A DNA stretch of 64,000 nt from Alphaproteobacteria bacterium (GTDB lineage: Bacteria; Pseudomonadota; Alphaproteobacteria; GCA-2731375). Shown piece by piece: positions 19,401 through 28,215 of this stretch; position 1 is the stretch's first letter, and the number at the start of each line of letters is the position of its first letter. The notes under the pieces were generated by a model. The model was not told where the DNA came from and did not search any database. It was given only the letters and a program-made list of their open reading frames with translations. Where the stretch lies: the NCBI GenBank assembly GCA_965232515.1, contig CBDDPY010000002.1, positions 352,001 through 416,000 of the forward strand. The letters are read 5' to 3'. Both the position numbers and the translations under genes were made by a program.

Positions 19401-20788
19401 TCGAGGAAACGCTCGGTGGGACAGCGATGGCGCGGCTCATCGCCGCCCGCGGCACCCTTTTCGAGCTGCTGAAGGTCTTGCAGTACAGCACGTCGGATTT
19501 TGCCGCCGAGCTGTTGCGTGCGTTCAACCGGGAAGGGGTGGCGGAGCTGCTCGAGCGAACGATCCGCGAAGAGAGGTCGATCGGCACGCTCGACTTCGCG
19601 CTGCGAGACCTCGGCAAACGTCAGTTGCCTGGCGAAGCGGACCGCACGCAGCTCCAACTCTTCGAGGAAACGCTCGGCGTCGCCGGCTTTTGGCGGCTCG
19701 TCCTCGGCACCGGCAATCTAAATCATCTTGCCTTCATTCTAGACGCGCTCAGCCCCGCCTTCCGGATTCGCTTACTTTCGGCTGAGCATGCGCCTTCGTC
19801 CGACGGTTGGAAGACGCTGGCTAGCGCAGGCAGCATCTACGACCAAGCCCGCTTTGCGCACGATAGCTTGGCTTTGCTGCCCAACGAGACGGCCAGGCGG
19901 TTTCAGAAAGCGATCGAAGCCACCGCGGCAACTATCGCGGAGACGAGCAGCTGGGACGCACTCGGCGCCGGTCTGGCGATGGCGGAGCTGATCTCGGATG
20001 AACGCGTGCGTTCGGTGCTTCTAGACGGGGTCAACCGGCGCATCGATGCCACCCACCTCGCCACGCTCCGACCGGACGACTACGAATCGGCGACGGGGGC
20101 GCTTTCGTTGCTCTGGCGAGAACGCCCGGGTCTGCGCGCTCAGCTTGGCGCGGCGCTTTGGCGGCTGCTGCCGGACCAAGTGCATTGGCCGCGCACACAC
20201 CGTCTGATCGTTAAGGCCCGTTTCGTCCTCACGGTCGCTCGATCCGAACACGTAAACCAAGACGACGCGCTGCGCACGCTTCGGGCATTCGCACCGCTTG
20301 GCCTCGACATCGCCATTGATCCGAAATCCGCACGCTATCATGCGTTGTTCCTTTGGAATCTATATGCGCTGTGGTTCGAGCGCGGCCTCGATTTGTCCGG
20401 AGACTTCCGACGCTTGCAGCATGACAAAACCTGGGTGCGGTTCGTCGACGTGGTGAAGCGGCGGCTGAGCCTCCGCTGGAATAATGACAAGCTGGATACG
20501 CTGCAACTCGCCGGTGCCCTGGTGTTCCTCGTTCCCGAAATGCGGCCGCGACTGGCTGAGTTGATCAAAGGAAATATCAAAGGTATCAAATATCTAGCCG
20601 ACTTTTCTGACAATGAGTTGAAATTCATCCCTGCGTTTCTCGCATTCAAAGGCATGGCGCTGAGCGCGCCGGAGAGCGCGATTTTCTCGCCAGAGCGTGT
20701 GCGCCTTCTGCTCGATAAATCGGCGGCCTACGATGACCGCGGTCCTGCGATCGAGCATGTCTGCGAATGGTTGAAGGAGCGCCTGTAA
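16412..20788 (+). CDS. Putative Avs/NLR-like defence protein: Mrr-like endonuclease + STAND-type NTPase + tandem helical repeats
   Basis: N-terminal FERLC...QQGIDL...YQCK (PD-(D/E/Q)xK nuclease), Walker A GLAGTGKT, Walker B VFVLDD, LVLTAR, then 87-aa repeats; atypical codon usage. Confidence 0.75.
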   Translation: MPDSDVVVAADSDEQLSIKELPLADLPHLAEHHWSQAEEATARDQFNAAAGSLPYGQLSDTGFERLCFHLLLAEGHAPRFWGRRGDAQQGIDLIISNGSAATVYQCKNHASFDVPKLQKALNKFRTDWLEARPELGRPENFVLCTSAELKETAKWEECKRAFRAETRVGVVEWPRDRLDAKLRDQPGIVADLFGERVAEQFCGPGRGSAWDLGLFRRLAPGSGEKRVDRFLELRDAGQIVRLDREAQRFEAILGGHRRILICGLAGTGKTMSALELSSFFDGGSWRVFYLCPDDTHNIDHLVEGIRSRAFRKGVFVLDDCHLDFGRVERLAGRIAAIDNPNIKLVLTARTPPKGLDFLDPEAGHFVHELREAEQAVEVAADVERYRAIMNLRRPNWRDPPIDRLMAWTGHDLAILDLILDVTEQDDIREVEKIDDLFDQILREIFKAHSAQAFNLKRLAAVAQFDLDLPRNIFPEPFEPKPNENGAAQRFVVVGGRPPAAKFGHASAAELIYRLLAWAHGEEDMHFAAARDCADVLELCQPEHALGELLPRLLRARLKLADDGAIKRELLTEGRVLALLGAEPEWVPTAVLFISALLCRSLPTPPPFAIWLAERLESWAENPETADDFSVIGGCLRALALANASAQRDVELRIGPDRFAELIAARGTLVELLNVLQHSTSGFAAELSRGFNREGVAELLERTIREERSIGTLHFALRGLGKRPLPGEAGRTQLHLFEETLGGTAMARLIVARGTLVELLKVLEHSTSGFAAELSRGFNREGVAELLERTIREERSIGTLHFALRGLGKRPLPGEAGRTQLHLFEETLGGTAMARLIVARGTLVELLKVLEHSTSGFAAELLRGFNREGVAELLERTIREERSIGTLSFALRDLGKRPLPGEADRTQLHLFEETLGGTAMARLIAARGTLVELLKVLEHSTSGFAAELLRGFNREGVAELLERTIREERSIGTLHLALRDLGKRPLPGEADRTQLHLFEETLGGTAMARLIAARGTLFELLKVLQYSTSDFAAELLRAFNREGVAELLERTIREERSIGTLDFALRDLGKRQLPGEADRTQLQLFEETLGVAGFWRLVLGTGNLNHLAFILDALSPAFRIRLLSAEHAPSSDGWKTLASAGSIYDQARFAHDSLALLPNETARRFQKAIEATAATIAETSSWDALGAGLAMAELISDERVRSVLLDGVNRRIDATHLATLRPDDYESATGALSLLWRERPGLRAQLGAALWRLLPDQVHWPRTHRLIVKARFVLTVARSEHVNQDDALRTLRAFAPLGLDIAIDPKSARYHALFLWNLYALWFERGLDLSGDFRRLQHDKTWVRFVDVVKRRLSLRWNNDKLDTLQLAGALVFLVPEMRPRLAELIKGNIKGIKYLADFSDNELKFIPAFLAFKGMALSAPESAIFSPERVRLLLDKSAAYDDRGPAIEHVCEWLKERL
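18392..19677 (+). repeat. In-frame tandem repeat, 261-bp unit (87 aa), about 4.9 copies
   Basis: Units start at 18392, 18653, 18914, 19175 and 19436; adjacent units among 1-4 differ by only 3-5 nt. Confidence 0.97.
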
Positions 20789-21023
20789 TGCCGGAAACGA
20801 CGACGGCGAAACTGTCGCACTGTCATCGGCGTTAGCGCCGCTAAGTTGGTCGTCCGGCTCGACTGCGGCGAAGTCGACTTGCGACCGATTCGGGACATAT
20901 TTGGACTGATCGTTGGCGCTGCCGGAAGTCCCGTTATCGTCGGTCAACGGCCGTTGAAGCGTGTCGGTGCCTCGTCAATGAGGCCACGACCCGACACCCA
21001 GGCTCTCGGTTCTGATCCTGTCG

Positions 21024-21779
21024 TCAGTGCTCCAGCATGTGCCAGAGCTTGCGTTTGACCGCCAGCAGGTCTTCGGAGAGGCGCATCTCGCCGGTGCGGG
21101 GGCGGGGCAGGTCGACGTCCTCGACGTGCCGGACCCGGCCGGGGCGGGCGGACAAGACGACGATCCGGTCGGCCAGGAAGATCGCTTCTTCCAGGTCGTG
21201 GGTCACGAAGACCACGGTCTTGTTCGTAACCTGCCAGAGCTCCTGCAGATCGGCCTGCATGCGTTCCTTGGTCTGGGCGTCCAGCGCGCCGAACGGCTCG
21301 TCCATCAGCAGCACCTCGGGATCGTTGGCGTAGACCCGGCCGATATCGACCCGCTTGCGCATGCCGCCCGAGAGCTCGCGCGGCCAGCGGTCCTCGAAGC
21401 CCTTCAAGCCGACAAGCTCGACCCACTTCTTCTCGATCTCGGCGCAGGCCTTGCGGGATGCGCCATGCAGGCGCGGACCGTAGGAGATGTTCTTCGCCAC
21501 CGTCATCCAGGGAAAGACGGCGTCCTGCTGAAAGACCATGCCGCGCTCGCGGCCAGTGCCCTTGATCTCGTTGCCGTCGAGCGTGATCCGACCGTCGCTC
21601 GGGGCGTAGAGGCCCGCCATCATCTTCAAGAGCGTGGACTTGCCGCAGCCGGACGTGCCGACGATCGCGTTGAAGCTGCCGGAGCGAAACGCGAGATTGA
21701 TGTCGTCCAACACCGTGAGCGCGACGGGCGTGCCCTTGCCAAAGGTGTGGCTGAGCTTGTCGACGATGATCTCGGACAT
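21024..21779 (-). CDS. NitT/TauT-family ABC transporter ATP-binding protein
   Basis: GTSGCGKST, LSGGMRKR, LLMDEPFGALDAQT, VTHDLEEA. Confidence 0.93.
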   Translation of the reverse strand: MSEIIVDKLSHTFGKGTPVALTVLDDINLAFRSGSFNAIVGTSGCGKSTLLKMMAGLYAPSDGRITLDGNEIKGTGRERGMVFQQDAVFPWMTVAKNISYGPRLHGASRKACAEIEKKWVELVGLKGFEDRWPRELSGGMRKRVDIGRVYANDPEVLLMDEPFGALDAQTKERMQADLQELWQVTNKTVVFVTHDLEEAIFLADRIVVLSARPGRVRHVEDVDLPRPRTGEMRLSEDLLAVKRKLWHMLEH

Positions 21780-22555
21780 TATTCGCGGGTCTCCGACCAG
21801 CGGGTCAGGCGGGTCTGTATGGTCCGGAAAATCCGGTCCATCGTAAAGGCGCAGGCGCCGATGATGACGATGATCATCATCACCTGGTCGGTCAGGAAGT
21901 AACGCCGTCCCTCTTGCAGCAGGAAGCCGAGCCCGCTCGGCGCGGCGATCAGTTCGGCCGCGACCAGCGTCGTCCAGGCGGCCGCCAGCGCGATGCGCAG
22001 CCCGGTAAAGATGAATGGCGTGGCCGCGGGAATGGCGACGGTCCGAAAAATCTGAAAGCGCGACGCGCCCATGGTCGACGCGGCGTCCACATAGACCTGC
22101 GGCACGTTCTTCATGCCGGCGATGACGTTGATGATGCAGACCAGGAAACAGGCGATGGTGATCAACAGGACGCGGCTGAACTCCTCGATGCCGAACCAGA
22201 TGATGACGATCGGGATGTAAGCGAGCGGCGGGATCGGGCGGATCGCCTCGATCAGCGGATCGAACAGGTATTCGATCGTCTTGTACCAGCCGATCAGGCA
22301 GCCCAGCACCAGCGCCAGGCTGGTGCCGATCAGGAAGCCCTGCACGATCCGCGACAGGCTGGCGAACAGCGCGTCGAACAGCGTGCCGCTGGTGATGTTG
22401 GTATAGAACGCCGTGCCGATATTGCTGATCGGCGGCAGCAGCGACGGATTGTTGTCCGGCTGGTTCGTCACCAGGACATAGGCGCCGATCACCACGGCAA
22501 TGGAAAGGGCGCCCAGGACCAGGCGCCCTCTCAGTTGCGGACGCAGCCAGCGCAT
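21779..22555 (-). CDS. NitT/TauT-family ABC transporter permease
   Basis: RPIPPLAYIP, WFGI, LVAAELIAAPSGLG. Confidence 0.92.
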   Translation of the reverse strand: MRWLRPQLRGRLVLGALSIAVVIGAYVLVTNQPDNNPSLLPPISNIGTAFYTNITSGTLFDALFASLSRIVQGFLIGTSLALVLGCLIGWYKTIEYLFDPLIEAIRPIPPLAYIPIVIIWFGIEEFSRVLLITIACFLVCIINVIAGMKNVPQVYVDAASTMGASRFQIFRTVAIPAATPFIFTGLRIALAAAWTTLVAAELIAAPSGLGFLLQEGRRYFLTDQVMMIIVIIGACAFTMDRIFRTIQTRLTRWSETRE

Positions 22556-22560
22556 CGGCG

Positions 22561-23589
22561 TCAGATCTGTTTGACGATCTGATCGCTGACCAGCGCCTCG
22601 ACGTCCGGCATCGAATCCAGCTTGCCTTTCGACACCAGGAACTCGGCCTGCGTCCTGGCGGAGTTCAGCAGCAATCCCTTGGCGAACAGGTCTTTGATCT
22701 CGGCGGTGTCGAGATAGCCCCAGTCATTGAAGATCGCCGCCACATCCTCGCGCGTAACCTTGGCGTTGCCGAGCCCCTGCTGCCAGCGCTGCATGGCGTC
22801 GATCGCCTTGTCGTTTTCGTTGCGCTGGAAGGCGACGGTCGGCCCATGGAATGCCGCGACCAGATCGACCAGCATCGCCTCGTTGGCGTCCATGTATGGC
22901 TGCGTCGTCATGATCACGTCCATGATGCTGGGGAAGTCTGCCGGCAGCTTGCCGCCATCGACGGTCAGAACCGCATCCGGCCGGGCCTGGAAGATCAGCG
23001 CGCGCGACGTTGCCAACGGCACGCAGGCGTCGACCGCGCCGGCGACGAACGCGGACTGGCCCTCGATCGGCTCCATGTTCACGCGCTCGAAGGGCATGTC
23101 GGACAGCCCGGCGGCGGCGAGCGCGGAATCCAGGAAGAAGTCGAAGTTCGATCCGGAGGTCACCGCGACCCGTTTGCCCTCGAGGTGTTCGATGGAGTCC
23201 ATGCCGGGCGCGCCGACGACGACGAACAGCGGCGTCGCATCGCCGCAGACCGAGAACTCGCGAAAGTCGGCGACCTTGCGCGCCATCGCCGCCAGCGGCG
23301 GCACGGACCCCACCGTCAGCACGTCGATGCTGCCGCCGACCATCGCCTCGATGCCGGGCGGGCCCGAGGGAAACACGCGCATATCAAGTTCGATGTCGCG
23401 TTCGGCCAGGAACCCCTGGTCCTGCGCCAGCCAGTACATGCCGAAGGAATAGGCCGGAATGATTCCGAGCTTGATCTTCCGGGTCGCCGCCTTCGCCGGC
23501 CGCATGAAGAAATAGGGCGTCGCCAGGGCAGCGGTGGCGCCGGCGGTTCCCTTCAGGACGGTCCGCCGCGTCAGTGACTTGGACGTCAT
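22561..23589 (-). CDS. SsuA/TauA-like substrate-binding protein, Tat-exported
   Basis: Twin-arginine LTRRTVLK; FPSGPPGIEAMVGGSID, LEGKRVAVTSGS. Confidence 0.85.
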   Translation of the reverse strand: MTSKSLTRRTVLKGTAGATAALATPYFFMRPAKAATRKIKLGIIPAYSFGMYWLAQDQGFLAERDIELDMRVFPSGPPGIEAMVGGSIDVLTVGSVPPLAAMARKVADFREFSVCGDATPLFVVVGAPGMDSIEHLEGKRVAVTSGSNFDFFLDSALAAAGLSDMPFERVNMEPIEGQSAFVAGAVDACVPLATSRALIFQARPDAVLTVDGGKLPADFPSIMDVIMTTQPYMDANEAMLVDLVAAFHGPTVAFQRNENDKAIDAMQRWQQGLGNAKVTREDVAAIFNDWGYLDTAEIKDLFAKGLLLNSARTQAEFLVSKGKLDSMPDVEALVSDQIVKQI

Positions 23590-23674
23590 GTCGAATTCCT
23601 CCCCAATTTTTTTCCGCTCGGAATTGGATTCCGGCTTGTCAGGAAACGGTAGGGCCGTAGCTGATGCTTGTCAA

Positions 23675-23690
23675 TCTAGTAGTTACTAGA
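23675..23690. promoter_or_regulatory. Putative GntR/HutC-type operator, site 1
   Basis: Near-palindrome TCTAGTAGTTACTAGA in the divergent ABC/sulfatase intergenic region; matches site 2. Confidence 0.7.
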
Positions 23691-23748
23691 ATATACCTTT
23701 TAGAACCGACAGCCGCGGACGGCATGTCGGAACGCGAAGGAGGCCGGC

Positions 23749-25248
23749 ATGAACATCATCCTCATCCTCGTCGACAGCCTGAACAAACACCGCCTGGCGG
23801 CCTACAACGCCGACACGCCGTGCAAGACGCCCGTGCTCGACGCCTTCGCCGCGCGCGCGCAGGTCTTCGAGAACCATTATGTCGGCAGCCTGCCCTGCAT
23901 GCCGGCAAGGCGGGAGATCTTCGCCGGGCGCAAGGAGTTCATGTGGCGCCCCTGGGGACCGCTCGAGGTCTTCGATCCGCGCCTGCCCGTAATCGTCCGG
24001 CAGGCGGGCTACAACACCGGGATCGTCACCGACCACTATCACTACTGGGAGGAGATGGCGAACGGCTACATGCAGGGCTTCTCGTCGGCCGAGTTCATCC
24101 GCGGGCACGAGACGGATTACTGGAAGCTGCCCGAGACCGGGCCGGTGCCGCGCTGGGTCGAAAAGGTCGCCGAATTCCGTTCCGCCGTTCACCCGCGCCA
24201 GTACTACGCCAACGTCAAGGACTTCCAGGGCGAGGAAGACTACTTCCCCGCCAAGGTCTTCACAAAGGCCGCCGAATGGCTGGACGAGAACGCGGCCAAG
24301 GGCCCGTTCTTCCTGCATGTCGAGAACTTTGACGTGCATGAGCCCTACGACGTGCCCGCGCCGTACGACAAGATGTACACCGACGGCTCGAAGGACGATT
24401 TCAACATCTGGCCGCCGTACCAGGTCTATGCCGATCTCGACGCCTTCATGGCCCAGGCGACATCGGCCGATCTGGATTTCCTGAAGGCCCAGTACATGGG
24501 CAAGATCAGCATGGTCGACAAATGGCTGGGCGTGTTCTTCGACAAGCTGTCGGCGCTCGATCTCTGGGACGACACGATGGTGATTTTCACCACCGACCAC
24601 GGCCATGATTTCGCCGAGCGCGGCGTCTTCGGCAAGCAGTTCCCGCACTACGACAGCCACGCCAACATCCCGATGATGATCTGGCATCCCGGGCATGCGC
24701 CGGGGCGGGTGGAGGCGCTGACCCAGACCGTCGATATGTTCGCGACGATTATCGAGACCGCCGGCGGTACGGTCCCGGACGAGAACCGGCATTCCCGCGA
24801 CCTGTCGCCGGTGCTGAGCGGCGGCGCCACGCGCGACGCCGTCCTCTACGGCACGTTCGGGCAGGGTGTCTGCCTGTCGGACGGCGACTGGACGCTGTTC
24901 AAGTCGCCGGTTGCGGGCAAGCCGCTGTTTGCGTATTCAACCATGATCAATCGCCCGCTGATCGTCGACAATCCGGTTGACGGCCGCGTCGGCCGGATGC
25001 CCGATCCGCCCGTCGATCAGGGACAATTCGATCCGACGATCCCACTGCCGCTCTGGAAGATGCCCATCAAGATCGATCCCCGAAAAGACGAAGACTTCCT
25101 GTATCACAGGGCGGAAGATCCCGGCCAGATCCGCAATCTGTGGGATGATGCACCGGACCAGCGCGACCGCCTGCTGAACCTGATGCGGGACATGATTGTC
25201 GAGGAGGGCGCGCCGCCGGAACAGTTGGCCCGGCTGGGCCTCGATTAA
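23749..25248 (+). CDS. Cytoplasmic formylglycine-dependent sulfatase
   Basis: NIILILVDSL, CMPAR (CxPxR), FDVHEPY, FTTDHG; no signal peptide. Confidence 0.9.
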   Translation: MNIILILVDSLNKHRLAAYNADTPCKTPVLDAFAARAQVFENHYVGSLPCMPARREIFAGRKEFMWRPWGPLEVFDPRLPVIVRQAGYNTGIVTDHYHYWEEMANGYMQGFSSAEFIRGHETDYWKLPETGPVPRWVEKVAEFRSAVHPRQYYANVKDFQGEEDYFPAKVFTKAAEWLDENAAKGPFFLHVENFDVHEPYDVPAPYDKMYTDGSKDDFNIWPPYQVYADLDAFMAQATSADLDFLKAQYMGKISMVDKWLGVFFDKLSALDLWDDTMVIFTTDHGHDFAERGVFGKQFPHYDSHANIPMMIWHPGHAPGRVEALTQTVDMFATIIETAGGTVPDENRHSRDLSPVLSGGATRDAVLYGTFGQGVCLSDGDWTLFKSPVAGKPLFAYSTMINRPLIVDNPVDGRVGRMPDPPVDQGQFDPTIPLPLWKMPIKIDPRKDEDFLYHRAEDPGQIRNLWDDAPDQRDRLLNLMRDMIVEEGAPPEQLARLGLD

Positions 25249-25265
25249 CAGTAGAGAAGGCGCAC

Positions 25266-25916
25266 GTGGCCGAAACCGAACTTTCGAAACGCAAGTCGAT
25301 CATCGCGCATTGTCTCGAGATGAATGCGTCGGGGCTCAATCAGGGCACCTCGGGCAATATCAGCATCCGCCACAAGGACGGCCTGCTGATCACGCCGACC
25401 TCGATGCCCTACGACCAGATGAAGCCCAAGGACATCGTCTATCTCGACGCCTCGGGCAAGCCGCAGGGCGAGGGCAGGCCGTCCAGCGAATGGCGCTTTC
25501 ACCACGACATCCTGGCTGCCCGCCCTGAGGTCAACGCCGTCGTTCACACGCACGCCACCTACTGCACGACGCTGTCGATCATGGGGCTGAAGATCCCGCC
25601 GCTGCACTACATGATCGCCGTCGCCGGCGGTCACGACATCCGCCTCGCGCCCTATGCCATCTATGGCTCGCAGGAACTTTCCGACCATGTCGTCAAGGCG
25701 CTGAAGGACCGCAAGGCCTGCCTGATGGACCATCACGGCATGATCGCGGTTGGATCGTCTTTGCCGCAGGCCATGTGGCTCGCCGTCGAGGTCGAGACGC
25801 TGGCGCGCCAGTACCACGGCTGTCTGGCGCTCGGCAGGAAGCCGCCGCTGTTGACGAAGAAGCAGGTTCAGGCCGTGATCGACAAGATCGGCGGCTACGG
25901 CCGGACGGACGATTGA
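25266..25916 (+). CDS. Class II aldolase/epimerase (L-fuculose-phosphate aldolase-like)
   Basis: GTSGNIS, LITPTS, PSSEWRFH, VVHTHA, HHG Zn ligands. Confidence 0.9.
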   Translation: MAETELSKRKSIIAHCLEMNASGLNQGTSGNISIRHKDGLLITPTSMPYDQMKPKDIVYLDASGKPQGEGRPSSEWRFHHDILAARPEVNAVVHTHATYCTTLSIMGLKIPPLHYMIAVAGGHDIRLAPYAIYGSQELSDHVVKALKDRKACLMDHHGMIAVGSSLPQAMWLAVEVETLARQYHGCLALGRKPPLLTKKQVQAVIDKIGGYGRTDD

Positions 25917-26767
25917 TGTCTGAGGCAGTGGGTAATGGCGTGACGAACACCGTCAAGGCGCGCCGGCCGGGCCGGCCGACATACGATCTCGCCGACCGCT
26001 CGGCGGCCGCCCAGTTCGAGGCCATTCGTCGCGACATCCGTCTCGACAAGGCATCGAAGCGTCCGCTCTGGCGGCAGATTTCCGAAGCGCTGGAAGCCGC
26101 CGTGCGCGGCGGCGGCCTGGCGCCGCGCTCGCGCCTGCCGTCGGAGGAGGCGCTGGCCGCGATGTTCGGCGTCTCCCGGCCCGTCGTGCGCAACGCGCTG
26201 CAGGCGCTGGCCGGCCGCGGCCTCGTCGTCAAGTTGCACCGCAAGGGCATCTTTGTGGGCGACCCGCCGCCCGAGACCGGGTTCATCACCACCAACCTCG
26301 CCGCCTATGACGACCTCGTCGCCCGCGGCCACAAGGTCACCACCCAAACGTTCGAGCTGTACAGAAGCGCGCCGGACCCTGACGAGCGCGCCGCGCTGCA
26401 GCTCGACGACGCCGATACCGTGGTCCGCATCGGCCGGGTCTTCTTCATGGACGGCAAGCCGATCACCCATGCCCGCATCTCCTTCCACGGCGCCAAGGTG
26501 CCGGGGTTCGAGCATGAAGACATGGAAGGCCGCCCGATCCTGCGTCATATCCAGGACCGCTACGGCCGCTCGCTGTCGCGCGCCGAGCGCTGGTTCAAGG
26601 CCGTGATGCCGCCCGCGGATGTCGCCGACGCCATGGACCTCGGCCCCGACACGCCGGTGATCTGGATCGAGTCGATCGCCTACGAGGCCGACAACACGCC
26701 GCTCGAATACTACCGAGCGCACTACAATTCCGAGACCGCCCTGGTCCACCTCTCGGTCATCGGCTAG
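25916..26767 (+). CDS. GntR-family (HutC/UTRA) transcriptional regulator
   Basis: LPSEEALAAMFGVSRPVVRNAL...GIFV HTH plus UTRA domain; ATG overlaps the aldolase TGA. Confidence 0.88.
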   Translation: MSEAVGNGVTNTVKARRPGRPTYDLADRSAAAQFEAIRRDIRLDKASKRPLWRQISEALEAAVRGGGLAPRSRLPSEEALAAMFGVSRPVVRNALQALAGRGLVVKLHRKGIFVGDPPPETGFITTNLAAYDDLVARGHKVTTQTFELYRSAPDPDERAALQLDDADTVVRIGRVFFMDGKPITHARISFHGAKVPGFEHEDMEGRPILRHIQDRYGRSLSRAERWFKAVMPPADVADAMDLGPDTPVIWIESIAYEADNTPLEYYRAHYNSETALVHLSVIG

Positions 26768-27055
26768 CCGGCTGGCGAAATAGTTTGATAGCGCGGCTGA
26801 CCATCCCTCGAGACAGCCGCTGACGGGACGTCCTAAGGCTTCCCCATGTCGTCATTGCCGGACTTGATCCGGCAATCCAGGCAGCTCTTGTCCCAGGCAC
26901 GGTTCTGGATCACCGGGTCAAGCCCGGTGATGACAAAGCGGTAGCTAACACATTGAATGCAAGGGATTGATTTCGAGTCAGACTCTGATGAGACGCGAAG
27001 CGTCGTCTCGAAGCATGCTGGTACCGAATTCGCGGTATTTTCAACGGCCTGCTAG
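26764..27055. mobile_element. Putative MITE with CTAG ends containing nested palindromic repeats
   Basis: Imperfect terminal inverted repeats (CTAGCCGGCTGGCGAAATA versus reverse complement CTAGCAGGCCGTTGAAAATA), CTAG at both ends, no ORF. Confidence 0.5.
26851..26934. repeat. Alphaproteobacterial REP-like palindromic element
   Basis: GTCATTGCCGGACTTGATCCGGCAATCCAG ... CTGGATCACCGGGTCAAGCCCGGTGATGAC: two self-palindromic, mutually inverted arms. Confidence 0.8.
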
Positions 27056-27068
27056 CCGGGCTTGAGCG

Positions 27069-28109
27069 TCAGCACGGGTTCAGCGGCGGCTCGCCGGCGA
27101 GATAACGGCGCACGTCCTCGGTCGCCTGTTCTGCGGCGTACGCGACGGTGCGCACCGAAGCGCCGGCGATATGCGGGGTGAGCGTCACGTTGGGCAACTT
27201 GAGCAGCGGCGTGTCAGCCGGGACGGGCTCGGTCGTGAACGTGTCGATCGCGGCGGCGGCGAGAGGGCCTTCGGTCAATGCGCGATACATGGCATCGTCG
27301 TCGCAGAGTGAACCGCGCGTGGTGTTGATCAGCACCGCGCCGTCGCGCATTCGTGCGAACGCCGCCGCGTCCATCATGCCGATCGTCTCTGGCGTCACCT
27401 TGGGGTGCAGCGTGACGACATCCGATTGCGCCAGCAGCGTGTCCATGTCGACGGTGTCGACGCCGGCCGCCATGTCTTCGTCGACAAGTTCGGCATAGGG
27501 GTCGTGGACGACGATGCGGCAGCCGAAGGCGCGCAGCAGCTGGACGACGCGGCGGCCGATGGCGCCATAGCCGACAACGCCCACCGTCATCTCGGACAGC
27601 TCGCGCCCCGTGGTGTCCGCGCGATAGAGGTCGTCGCGCCAGATCCCCTGCCGGAGCGCTTCATGCCCCTCGCGGATCTTCCGCGTCTCCGCCAGGATCG
27701 CGCCGATGGTGAACTCGGCCACGGCTGAGGCGTTTCGCGCCGGCGTGTTCGTCACCAGAATGCTCCGCTCGCGGCAGGCCTCGACGTTGATGTTTACAGG
27801 GCCGCCCCGCGACACCGCGATCATGCGCAAGTGAGGCAGGTCGTCCAGCATCGCTCGCGACACCGGCGCCAGGTGCGTGACCAGGATTTCCGCATCGCCG
27901 ATGATGCCGAGGACCGCGTCTGCGGTGCCGAAATATTCCTTCAGCCCGTCCATGCCCGCCGTCGTGTGGCCGTGCACCAGCGGCTCGCCCGGCCAGTTGT
28001 TCCGGTGCAGCCGAATGTCCAGACCGTCGCCGACCGCCGCGATCAGCCGGTCGCGAAACATCTCCGGCAGCATGAAATTGTCGCCGATGATGATGATCTT
28101 GCGGGACAT
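27069..28109 (-). CDS. D-isomer 2-hydroxyacid dehydrogenase family protein (possible polyol/sugar-phosphate dehydrogenase)
   Basis: VSRGGPVN, NASAVAEF, VGYGAIG, INTTRG, TPHIAGAS. Confidence 0.88.
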   Translation of the reverse strand: MSRKIIIIGDNFMLPEMFRDRLIAAVGDGLDIRLHRNNWPGEPLVHGHTTAGMDGLKEYFGTADAVLGIIGDAEILVTHLAPVSRAMLDDLPHLRMIAVSRGGPVNINVEACRERSILVTNTPARNASAVAEFTIGAILAETRKIREGHEALRQGIWRDDLYRADTTGRELSEMTVGVVGYGAIGRRVVQLLRAFGCRIVVHDPYAELVDEDMAAGVDTVDMDTLLAQSDVVTLHPKVTPETIGMMDAAAFARMRDGAVLINTTRGSLCDDDAMYRALTEGPLAAAAIDTFTTEPVPADTPLLKLPNVTLTPHIAGASVRTVAYAAEQATEDVRRYLAGEPPLNPC

Positions 28110-28215
28110 CTACTGTTCCTTATCCAAGTCAGGCAGCGCATTCTCAATCCCGATGACGGGGTCATGTTGCCTGCTTGCGGCGTCGACCGGTAGTCATTGG
28201 CATTGAATGGATATA

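Noticed and set aside
18028-19785. Repetitive ORFs in alternative frames over the 261-bp array; possible CRISPR or DGR
   Set aside because: Frames stay open only because the unit is a multiple of 3 and GC-rich. No spacers, cas genes or reverse transcriptase, and the changes are not adenine-specific.
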